Below, piece by piece: positions 45,601-56,736 of a stretch of 64,000 nt of DNA (position 1 is its first letter; each line of letters begins with the position of its first letter). Below the pieces are notes generated by a model. It was not told the origin of the DNA and did no database searches. It saw only the letters and a program-made list of their open reading frames with translations. A program made the translations under genes and the position numbers. This DNA is from Chiloscyllium plagiosum (lineage: Eukaryota), in assembly GCF_004010195.1 (NCBI RefSeq), contig NC_057720.1:10664652-10728651 (forward strand), given 5' to 3'.

Positions 45601-46371
45601 GAGTGGTTGTAGATGGAAAGTATTCTGCCTGGAGGTCAGTGTTGAGTGAGATCCCGCAGGCCTCTGTTATTGGGCCTCTGCTCTTTGTAGTTTTTATAAA
45701 TTACTTGGATGGGAGGTTGAGGGGTGGATTAGTAAATTTGCCGTGTTTTGGCTCTCATTAACAGGGGGATTGAGTTTAAGTGCAGCGAGGTTTTGCTGCA
45801 GCTCTACAAGTCCCTGGTGAGACCACACTTGGAATATTGTGTGCATGTCTGGTCGCCCTACTATAGGAAAGATACAGAGGCTTTGGAGAGGGTGCAAAGA
45901 AGTTTTACCAGAATGCTGCCTGGACTGGAAGATTTGCCTTATGAAGAAAGGTTGAATAAGCTGGGACTTTTCTCTCTGGAGAAAAGGAGAAAGAGAGGTG
46001 ACCTGATCGAGATGTACAAAATAATGTGAGGAATAGATCGAATCAATAACCAGAGACTTTTCCCCAGGGTAGGATTAGCTGGTATGAGAAGTCATAGTTT
46101 GAAGATATTAGGAGGAAAGTATAAAGAGACATTAGAGGTAGGTTCTTTACGCAGAGAGTTGTGAATGCATGGAATGCATTGCCAGCTGTGGTAGTGGAAG
46201 CAGAGTCATTGGGGACATTTAAGCGACTGCTGGACATGCACATGGATAGCAGTGAGCTGAGGGTTGCATAGGTTAAGTTACTATTTTTGACATTAGGATT
46301 AAACCTCGGCACAACATCGTGGGCCAAAGGGCCTGTTCTGTGCTGTACTTTTCTATGTTCTATATTCTATG
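42690..46371 (+). mobile_element. Near full-length CR1-type LINE (5' UTR, ORF1 zinc finger + SGNH esterase, ORF2 APE-RT), inactivated
   Basis: ORF1 from 42953: SSCRMW...CGNC, VVGDSIVR, CCLPGA, HIGTND. ORF2: [49 protein letters not shown]. Stops, frameshifts and a deletion at ~45742; tail ttctatgttcta. Confidence 0.93.
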
Positions 46372-47470
46372 TCTGTACTGACAATCATGCAAGTCTGAAT
46401 TATCTCAAATGTCTGCAAATGGTGCGAATCCCTCTATTCCTGCCTGTGTCTGTCTAATGCCTCTTAACCATTGCTATTGTATCAGCGTCTGCCACGTCCA
46501 CTGCCAGCACATTCCAGGCACCTTAAGTTGGTACCTTCTGGTTCTAGATCCTCATGTGTTCAAATGCCTCATGATTTTGAATACCTCAATCAAATCACTC
46601 CTTAATCCTCTCTTCTCCCCAAGTGACATGCCCAGCCTTTCTGACCTATTCATTTAACTGATGTTCTTCATCCCTGGCATAATTCTTGGAAAGCATTTCT
46701 CACCCTTCAGGTCCTTCCTAAAGTCAGAATTGGATGCAATATTCCAGTTGACACTAAAGCTAATATTTTATAAGTCATCACCACTACTTCCTTGCTTCAG
46801 TGCTCCTTAATTCAAATTACAAAGCTCAGAATCGCATATGCCTTTTTAACTGTTTTCTCAATATGGCATCTTCAATGATTTTGCACTTTAGAATTGACTC
46901 ATCTTTTTTATATTGCTTCTTCCCATTCTTCTCACCAAAACATATTGCTCTATCCAGATTTAAATTATCATGTATGTGTCTGTTCATTCGACCAGCCTAT
47001 GACCGCCTAAAGTCAATCAGTTACCTCTTCATGGTTTACAAAATGTTCAAACTTTCTGTCACCCACGACTTTTAAAATTGTGCTCACATTTAGACAGTTA
47101 TGTGGATCAAGGAAAGCAATGTTCTTAATACCAACATATATAATCCAGTAACCAATGTTATGTATTTATGTCAGTACATTGGACTTTAAGAGTCTTACCA
47201 CATGACTTAATGATGATATTATTGAGTGTTTTAGAGGGAATTGCTCAGTCTAGCTTGTAAACGTGTAGAGGAAACATCTCTGTAATGAAGCTCTTGTTTG
47301 TTTTAAATGCTGTGGCCTCCTGGGTCTTCTTGAAGTGTAACAAAGAAGTGTTGGTGGCCAAAATAAAAGTAGATTGTGCTGGAGAAACTCAGCAGATTTG
47401 GTGACATCTATGTAGAGAAATAATGACATTTTCCACTATGACTCTTTTTTTAGAACTATGCACCAATTTC

Positions 47471-47762
47471 ATTACATTACAGTGTGGAAACAGGCCCTTC
47501 GGCCCAACAAGTCCACACCGACCCGCCACACACCCATACCCCTACATTTACCCCTTACATAACACTATGGGCAATTTAGCATGGCCAATTCACCTGACCT
47601 GCACATCTTTGGACTGTGGGAGGAAACCGGAGCACCCGGAGGAAACCCACGCAGACATGGGGAGAACGTGCAAACTCCACACAGTCGCCTGAGGCGGGAA
47701 TTGAACCCGGATCTCCGGCGCTGTGAGGCAGCAGTGCTAACCACTGTGCCACTGTGCCACCC
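47471..47762 (-). mobile_element. HE1/V-SINE-type SINE inserted in the centre of a PLE-derived fold-back (~47360-47865)
   Basis: Near-identical to 17042-17375. Confidence 0.9.
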
Positions 47763-48075
47763 ACAAAGAGGACATATTTGGGCTCAAAGCATTAACTCTA
47801 TCTCTGTCTTCACAGATGCTGCCAGACTTGCTGAGTTTCTCCAGCACTTTCTGCTTTTATTTCAGAAGGCCCGCATTATCCTTTTACTTAAATGTTTACA
47901 ATGACTCTCTGTTTCCTGTCATTCAGCCAACTTCATATTTAATTTTCCATTGTTCTTTTTATACCATGTGCTTTAATTTTGCTGATAATTCCAATATTTG
48001 GTTTATCAAGTCTCTTTTGGAGGCCCATGTATACTATATCAGCCACATTACCCTTCTCACCTCTCTCTGGTGCAT

Positions 48076-48687
48076 CATTCCTTTTACTACTCAGAGCATT
48101 GAGTATAGGAGTTGAGAGGCCATGTTGTACACAGCATTGGTTAGGCCAGTTTTGGAATATCGTGTGCATTTCTGGTCTCCTTCCTAACAAAAGGATGTTT
48201 TGAAACTTAAAAGGGTTCAGAAAAGATTTACAAGGATTTTGCCAGGGTTGAAGGATTTGAGCTACAGGGAGAGGTTGAATAGGCTGGAACATTTTTCCCT
48301 GGAGCTTCGGAGGCTGAAGCGTGACCTTACCGAGGTTTATAAAATCATGAGGAGCTGGTTAGGGTAAATAGACAAGGTTTTTTTTCACCTGAGGTGGAGG
48401 AGTCCAGAAATAGAGGGCATAGGTTTAAGATGACAGAGGAACCTCAGGTGCAACATTTTTACCCAGAAGTTGGTCGTGTATGGAATGAGCTGCCAGATGA
48501 AGTGGTGGAGGCTGGTACAATTATAACATTTAAAAGGCATCTGGATAGGTATATGAATAGGAAAAGTTTAGAGGGATGTGGGCCAAGTGCTGGCAAATGG
48601 GACGAGATGAGTTTAGGATACCTGGTCAACATGGACAAGTTGGACTGAAGGGTTGTTTCCATGCTGTACATCTCTATGACTGTATGA
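48076..48687 (+). mobile_element. CR1-type LINE 3' fragment
   Basis: [47 protein letters not shown]. Confidence 0.85.
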
Positions 48688-49094
48688 CAATCAAGTTTTC
48701 TATTGACAAATCCAAGCTGACTCTTCTTAATTAAGACAGGTTTTTCAAAATGACTCTTAATCTTGTTTTGCATTGGCATTTCGAAACATTTGTCCACTAT
48801 TGAGGCTAAATTGGAATAAAAACTGCTGGAGATCACAGTGGGTCAGGCAGCACCAGTGGAGAGAGACAGAGCAAGCTAACATTTCAAGTCCAGATGAAAG
48901 TGAGGACTGCAGATGCTGGAGATTAGAGTCAAGAGTGTGGTGCTGGAAAAACATAACCAGTCAGGTAGCATCTGAGGATCAGGAAAATCGATGTTTCGGG
49001 CAAAAGCCCTTAAAAGGAATGAGGCTGGATGACTTTTCCAGCACCAATCTAATCTAGACTTTTCATCAGAGCTCATCTAGACTCATCTAGACGT

Positions 49095-49407
49095 GGGCGG
49101 CACGGTGGCACAGTGGTTAGCACTGCTGCCTCGCAGCGCCAGAGACCCGGGTTCAATTCCCGCCTCAGGCGACTGACTGTGTGGAGTTTGCACATTCTCC
49201 CCGTGTCTGCGTGGGTTTCCTCCGGGTGCTCCGGTTTCCTCCCACAGTCCAAAGATGTGCAGGTCAGGTGAATTGGCCATGTTAAATTGTCCGTAGTGTT
49301 AGGTAAGGGGTAAATGTAGGGGTATGGGTGGGTTGCGCTTCGGCGGGTCGGTGTGGACTTGTTGGGCCGAAGGGCCTGTTTCCACACTGTAAAGTAATCT
49401 AATCTAA
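49095..49407 (+). mobile_element. HE1/V-SINE-type SINE, full length, inside nested PLE fold-backs (~48817-49497)
   Basis: Complete head, V-domain and taatctaatcta tail. Confidence 0.92.
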
Positions 49408-49819
49408 AAAATGTTAGCTTGCTCTTTCTCCAAGAATGCTGCCTGACCGGCTGTGATCGCCAGCATTTGTTGTTTCAGGACAGATTCCAGCATCTCCAAT
49501 AATTTGCTCCTATACTGAGGTCAAACTGACTGGTATGTAGTTGGTGGGTTTTTTTTACACAAGGGTGCAAACTTTGTAATTTTCCAGTCCTCTGACACTT
49601 GCTCTGCAACATAGGCAGATTTGAAGATTATGAGTACATACAGGATACATCCATATTCCCTTAGAGAAATCTTTCAACTCTTGAAGACTTATCATCTTCC
49701 CATAAAAAAAATCTTTCTGCTTCATGGTGTTGAAGATCTAAGATAGTGTAGGATAAACGATCTGGTATTGGTCTGCGAAACAAAGGACTGATAATGAACC
49801 ACATCTGTTTAACATAATT

Positions 49820-50318
49820 GTTGTGAAACTTGAAAGCATTCAGAAAAGATTTACAAGGAAGTTGCCAGATTTGGATGGTTTGGGCTGTAGGGAGAAGCTA
49901 AACAGGCTGGGGTTGTTTTCTCTTGAGCACTGGGGGCTGAGTAGGTGACGTTAGAGAAGTTTATAAAATCATGAGGGACATGGATAGTATGAATTGCCAA
50001 GGCCTTTTTCCCAGGGTAGGAAATCCAAATGTAGAGGGCATAGGTTTAGGTTGAGAGGGGCAAGGTTTAAAAGAGACCTAACTTTTTCAAGCAGAGAGTG
50101 GGTCCATGTATGGAATTAGCTGCCTGAGGGGATGGTGAAGCTGGTACAATTATAACATTTAAAAGGCATCTGGATGGGTATTTGAATAGAGAGGTTTTAG
50201 AGGGATATGGGCCAAATGCTGGCAAATGGGACTAGATTAATTTAAGTAATTTAGTCAGCTGGATATAATTGGACTGAAGGGTCTGTTTCCATTCTGTACA
50301 GTCTGACTCTATGATTCT
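49820..50318 (+). mobile_element. CR1-type LINE 3' fragment
   Basis: Same 3' region and tail as 9390-9873 and 29462-29880. Confidence 0.8.
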
Positions 50319-50663
50319 GTCTGTAACAAAGAAAGAGAGGAGAGAGACATGATAAATCTACTTGTTGTAGCTGAAATAACTTATGCTGACAGGATATAAG
50401 AAAGTCATCAAATCATAGATAACCAGAGCACATAACCAGTCCATAGAGTCTTGCCCAGTTTTGGGTTAGCAGGGTTACTGACAATAATTATCTAGGTATA
50501 GACCAGCAGCCCTGGAGCCATTGCCATCTCTAAACCCCTGCATTGCCAGTATGGAGTTGTCCTTAACCATCAATGGAATGGTAATGCAGACCATTGTCAC
50601 TAATAACTGGTCACCAGGCCAGAGACCAATCAGCTACTTGTTGCTAGCCAAAACTCAATTTAG

Positions 50664-50867
50664 GCTGGCACAGTGGCTCAGTGGTTAGCACTGCTGCCTC
50701 AACAGTGCCAGGGTCCCAGGTTCAATTCCAGCCCTCGGGTGACTGTCCGTGTGGATTTTGCACATTCTTTGTGTGGGTGTGCTCCGGTTTCCTCCCACAG
50801 TCCAAAGATGTGCAGGTCAGGTGAATTGGCCATGCTAAATTCCACACTGTAAGAAATCTAATCTAAA
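50664..50867 (+). mobile_element. HE1/V-SINE-type copy with internal deletions
   Basis: tggcacagtggctcagtggttagcactgctgcc head; aatctaatcta tail. Confidence 0.8.
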
Positions 50868-51687
50868 GTATTTTGTCTGTACCTTACTGCATTATTGCTG
50901 GAATCTGCAGCTGTACACATATTATTTCCAATGAGGGTCAGGTTTTAAGACTCTCTTTCAAAAACATGCATTAACCCTTCAATGATCCTTTGTTTTAAAA
51001 CCTTGATTTTTCCATTTCACTCCACAATTAAAAATACTGAAAAATAAAAACACAGTCTCTGTGCATCCTGAGCCCCTCCCATCGTGGCCCCACACTAACC
51101 TTAAAAATGACTATTCCATTCAGTGGCGGACATCAGAACACTCACAGAGCAGCTGTACAGGTGATTGGCTGCATGGCCAAGGCATTGGAAGGGGCACAGG
51201 TTCTCTGTTGATCAAAGCTGGTATTCACCTCTTTTATAGTCACTCGTGAAAACCTCTGCTTCCTGGAGATACCTGTATGGAATTTGCAAGAATCAGTTAC
51301 ATGCTGAACATTGTTGGTGAACAGCATTAAACCCCAAACATCATTATACTGCATGACCTTTCACACGGACAATGAAATGATCTCAAATACCAAGAAGGTG
51401 CACTTTGTAAGTGTATGACTCATGAATTTGCCTTTTCAATGGCCTCCCGTGTAAAACGAATGAAGTGATGACCTTGCATTTCCCCATAAAACTGACAGTT
51501 ACACTAACCGTAATCTAGTCTAACCCCAACACTAACTCTACCCTATGCCTTAACCTTAACCCATTGTCCCAGGCATTTTTTTTCCATTGCAGGTCCCCTC
51601 TAGGAATCAGTACATCAGGGAGCAGAGCTCACTGTGAATGCATTCAGCTCTGGTCTCAGCCTGTTTGCCAGGTAATTCCCAATGTAC

Positions 51688-52665
51688 CATAGAACATAGA
51701 ACATAGAAAGGCAAAGCACAGAACAAGCCCTTTGGCCCATGATGTTGTGCTGAAATTTAATCCTAATGTAAAATATAGTAACTTAACCTACGCACCCGTC
51801 AACTCACTGCTATCCATGTGCATGTCCAGCAGTTGCTTAAATGTCCCCAATAACTCTGCTTCCACCACCACAGCTGGCATCACATTCCATGCATTCACAA
51901 CTCTCTGCATAAAGAATCTACCTCTGATGTCTCCTTTATACTTTCCTCCTAATATCTTCAAACTATGACTTCTCATACCAGCCAATCCTGCCCTGGGAAA
52001 AAGTCTCTAGCTATCTATTCCTCACATTATTTTGTACACCTCGATCAGGTCTCCTCTCTTCCTCCTTCTCTCCAGAGAGAAAAGTCCCAGCTTATTCAAC
52101 ATCTCTTCATAAGGCAAGCCCTCCAGTCCAGGCAGCTTCCTGGTAAACCTTCTTTGCACCCTCTCCAAAGCCTCTATATCTTTCCTATAGGAGGGCGACC
52201 AGAACTGGACACAATATTCCAAGTGTGGTCTCACCAGGGACTTGTAGAGCTGCAGCAAAGCCTCACAGCACTTAAACTCGATCCCCCTGTTAATGAAAGC
52301 CAAAACACCATATGCTTTCTTAACAACCCTATCCACTTGGGTGGCAACTTTGAGGGATCTATGCACTTGCACACCCAGATCCCTCTGTTCCTCCACACTG
52401 CTAAGAATCCCGTCTTTAATTCAGCATTCGAGTTCAACCTTCGCATTTATCCAGGTTGAACTCCATCTGCCATTTCTCAGCCCAGCTCTGCATCCTGTCT
52501 ATGTTGCACTGCAGCCTGCAGTAGCCCTCTATACTATCAATGACACCTCCAACCTTTGTGTCATCTACAAATTTACTAACCTACCCCTCAACCTCCTCAT
52601 CCAAGTCATTTATAAAAACTACAAAGAGCAGAGGCCCAAGAACAGGGCCCTGCAGGACCCCACTC
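51688..52665 (-). mobile_element. CR1-type LINE 3' fragment, same subfamily as 42690-46371
   Basis: [42 protein letters not shown]...; 3' UTR closely matching 46250-46370. Confidence 0.9.
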
Positions 52666-53434
52666 AACACTCAACCCTCCACCCCAATCCAATAAATGTA
52701 GACTCTCACCACACACACACCTCCACCTTCAGACTCTGATCCTCAGCATTCTAATGCCCAATGTTGTCTTGTATGTTATCCCCATGGAGAACCTGGTGGT
52801 GGTCACTGGCAAGTCCACCCCTCCGTCATTTTCCTTGTCTGCCTATTCTTTACTGCATGCCCCCCTTACACCTTGAATGACATCTGACATCACCATCCTT
52901 GTCTCCACCTCAACTGTGCTTCTGCCTCCATTGTGTTTCAGAGCCCTTTTCTTCCCCAACTCTTCCAAACATGCGCACCCGAAGGACTGACTGCTATCCA
53001 ACCCCTGGCCTGATTTTGATGGACAGCCACAAGTAATGGCTGACAAGAACTTTGACCACTCTTCACAGCTCCACAAATAACACTTCACGATTCCCTCCGA
53101 CTGCCTGCAATGGCTGTACCAGACTGAGAAAGTCCCATTCCCCAAGCTGCAGTCAGATAGTGCCCCTGACCATGACCACCCCAAGCAGACAACTGACCAA
53201 GACCAAAGATCTTGGACTGGATAAAAACTCTGCTCTTTACTGACTTGACCAGGACCCACTGACAGACAGCAGTAACCCTCCCCCCTTGACTTCTCAAAGG
53301 ACCATTCCCTGCACCTGTCCATTTGGTTGAAGCACGTGTCGTGCGTTTGCCATGCAGGCAGCTAGTACATGCTATAGATGTGAGATTGACCTATCACTGT
53401 TCTTAAAGGAAGAGGTCCAACCCCTGGAAAGGCA

Positions 53435-54076
53435 TGATATTGCTCACCTCTTCACTATCTGTAATACTTGACTCATTTTGATTTTAAAACTGCCCTTCAA
53501 ATGTACACTCTCTGCAGTAATTAGTTCAAAGCTCTGTCTTCCCCTAGTTGTACATTTTGCTGGGATCCTAATCTCAGCATTGTGGGTCCACTGACAGCAG
53601 GTGGACTGCAGCAGTTCAAGAGATCAGCTCACCCCCCATCTTCTTAAGATAGGGAGAGGCAATAAATGCTGGCCCAGCCAGTGACACCCACATCACATGA
53701 GTGAATGAATAAACAATAATTACTTTAGAATTTCTTTTCCTTCTTTATTTTAGAATAGGCTAGATGTTCTTCTTGACTTTGCATATGGAATTTGTAGAGT
53801 TGATTTCTCCATGCGTGTGAGAGGGGAAAGAGTTAAAAGGATCAAAGGGGCAACTTTTTCCTGCAGAGGGTGGTGTGTGTATGGAGTGAGCTGCTAGTGG
53901 AAGTGGTAGAGGCTGATACATTTACAACACATAAAAGGCATCCAGATGAATAGGAAGGGTTTAGAGAGATGTGGGACAAATGCTGGTAAATGGGACTAGA
54001 TGTATTTAGGATATCTGGTCAGCATGGACAAGTTAGACCGAAGGGTCTGTTGCCATGCAGTACAACTCTATGACTC
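53435..54076 (+). repeat. Second copy of the composite block at 33881-34572
   Basis: See first copy; lacks the PLE insertion (empty site tttgtagagttgat). Confidence 0.85.
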
Positions 54077-55099
54077 ATGACTCCATGCATTGGAATTGTT
54101 TACCATTTTTAAGGGAGCTATTTAAATTAAAGCTGCCATGTTTGTCATTTATAATCTTTCACTGCAGAAATCATGTTTATTGACACTTCTTGCCTTTAGG
54201 TGAAGTCCAGATGATAAACTTTGATGGTGAGATGACCAATCATCTATGCGATTGTGACACGAATGTCACTTAAAGCATTGTTCATGCTGAAGCCGGGTGT
54301 TATGTTTACCATGGGCACCAAATATGGACAAAGTGTTAACAAAAGGAATCATTCAGAGCAAGCTTAGTTCCCAGGAAAGTTACAAATAATGGCCAGGAAT
54401 AAAATATTAGTGAAATGCAATGGTGGCAGAGAAATTGATGGAGTTTAAGGGTGAAAAGTCACCAGAGTTGAAAATCTGCATCCCAGACTACTAAAGGGAT
54501 TGGCCCTGGATATAATGGATACATTGGTACTCATGCTCCAAATTTCTGCAGATTCTGGAGCGGTTTCTACGTTTGGAGGGTGGGGAATGTAACCCCACTA
54601 TGTCTACCAGAACAGGGGGTTGTGCACCAGCTCAAAAGCTACTTGGACCCAATCATCAAAACATAGAACTCGGAGCAGCACTCCGAAAGTCAGTGCTTCC
54701 AAATAAACCAGTTGGACTATAACCTGGTCTTGGGTGTTTCTTAACTTTGTCCACTTCAGTCCAACACCGGCATCGCCACATCAAGAGGAGGTAATTCAGT
54801 CTCTCAAGCCTGCTCCACTATTTAATACAATGATGGTTGATTTAATCACAGTCTCAACTCTATTTTCCTGCCTGTGCCCCAGAGTCCCCTTTAAACTGTT
54901 AATAACTATAAATCTGTCCATCTCCTCCCTCAATATATTCAGTGTCCTGGCATCCACCCCAACCTGGGGTAGTAAATTCCACAGATTCATGACTCTTCCA
55001 GAGAAGTAATTCCTCATTTCTGTTTTAAACCTACCTCCTTTTCACCTAACACTATGTCCTCTCATTCTAGATTGCCCCACAAGGGTAAACATCCTCTCT

Positions 55100-55305
55100 G
55101 AGGAGAAAGTGAGGTCTGCAGATGCTGGAGATCAAAGTTGAAACTTTATTGCTGGAACAGCACAGCAGGTCAGGCAGCATCCAGGGAACAGGAGATTCGA
55201 CGTTTCGGGCACAGGCCGAAGAAGGGCCTGTGCCCGAAACATCGAATCTCCTGTTCCCTGGATGCTGCCTGACCTGCTGTGCTGTTCCAGCAATAAAGTT
55301 TCAAC
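55100..55305. mobile_element. Young Penelope-derived fold-back element, 82-bp arms, 14-bp TSD
   Basis: Arms 55136-55217 and 55225-55306 differ at one position; TSD taaacatcctctct at 55086-55099 and 55306-55319. Confidence 0.9.
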
Positions 55306-55350
55306 TAAACATCCTCTCTACCTTGACTTAATCAATCCTTGTTATATACC

Positions 55351-55718
55351 TGCCACATCTGCTAGGTTGTGGGCAAACCTCATCCTCCACATCTGAATCC
55401 CATGCTGGCTTTTGAGGAAACATTCAGCAAGGTGTTCGTGAACAGTCTGGCGTCCTGCCCAAAGCAAAGGGGACTGTGAGGCATGTTCTTACCACGAAAG
55501 ATATGGAGACCTGTTTTCCAGATTCCAATGAAAACCAAATCCACTTTAACAATGGTGAGGGAATTGGCCCAATTTTTCAACAGGTCTGGTCTACCCATTG
55601 AGATCAAGTTGGATGCAAGTTCCAATTGCAGGGAGTTATGGGTAACCTGGCATCACCCAGTGATCAGCCTATCAAACAAAGTTTACAGAGGGCACTGAAA
55701 TGGTACCACTAGACCCGA
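55351..55718 (+). mobile_element. Degenerate Gypsy/Ty3 integrase fragment
   Basis: Across frameshifts: CHIC*VVGKP, PMLAFEETFSKVFV, IPMKTKST..MVRELAQFFNRSGLPIEIKLD.SSN, SAY, QRALKWYH*T. This follows the Gypsy integrase pattern CxxC..GKP / AFEEPFS / GLPxEIxSDxGSN / SAYHPxSxGxxERxH. Confidence 0.7.
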
Positions 55719-56736
55719 TATAAATGAAATGAAAAAGGAAGTGGTGGAGAAGCTCAGCAGGTCCTAGGCAGAAAGAAATAGGGTTGGTGTTTTGAATCCA
55801 ATATGATTCTTCTATGAAACTGAAAGGAGCTGAAAAATGTTGGTTTATATGTTGTGGACAGAAGGCAACTGGAACAGATTGTGATGATGTCCAGAGCAAT
55901 AGATAAAGGCAGTGATAATGGTGGGAAAGGAGTAGTAGAAATGTAAAGTAGGGTGAACTAGGTCCCTTACTTTTCATGATATTTTTGTGTGCATGTATGT
56001 ATATATAATATATAATAGATTATTGGCCTATAATCAATGCTTGCCTTATAATTAATTATTTAATTGTATTATTTGTCATTTATATTTGTTATTAATTGCA
56101 TGCTATGTTAAAATCTAACAATAGAAATGACATTAAGCTGTTCCCAGAAGCTTGCCGAACAGCTCACTCCTTTCCCTGTCATGGAACATGAGCCAACTCC
56201 CATCAGCTCCAAAGCATCCAGCTCAGCCTCTGACAGATCAGGGGTGTGAGGGAAGGCTGTTCGAACACCTTTCTGAAAAGAACTTGGCTGGCCTGCAAAG
56301 TCATCAGTGGCTGGTCAGAACACGTTGTTCAAAGTTTTTTTAGAGGATTCTCTGGAGATCTGCATCCAGAATGTTTAAAGCGCTCCTCTTAATCCATTCT
56401 TATCATCATTAGGTGACAGCTCTGCTGCATCTAACATTTTGTTTCACAGACTAACCTCATTACATTGAGCTGGACAGATGATTCCCTCTATTTCTGCTGA
56501 TGTTCTTGCCATCAGCACTAGTAATTATTAACTTCCTTTCATCCAGTGAAATACCCTCCCTCCACCTTTTGTGGTTACTAATGACCTTTGGTATAAGTTA
56601 ACTGACAGCCACGCACATCTCTTTTAAACAGACAATATAAGTGCTTCCAATGGGGGCACATGCACTGCTGTCAGAGTTGGTCCCTCGGGTTACTTGAACT
56701 GTCCACAAGTTCCTGCAGAAATCATTTTAAACTGTG

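Noticed and set aside
17042..49407. tRNA genes at the A/B-box heads
   Set aside because: The heads continue into SINE bodies and LINE-derived tails, with no complete cloverleaf or acceptor stem.
52843..53322. 159-aa minus-strand ORF
   Set aside because: No recognisable motif and no convincing splice context; probably decayed repeat or chance.
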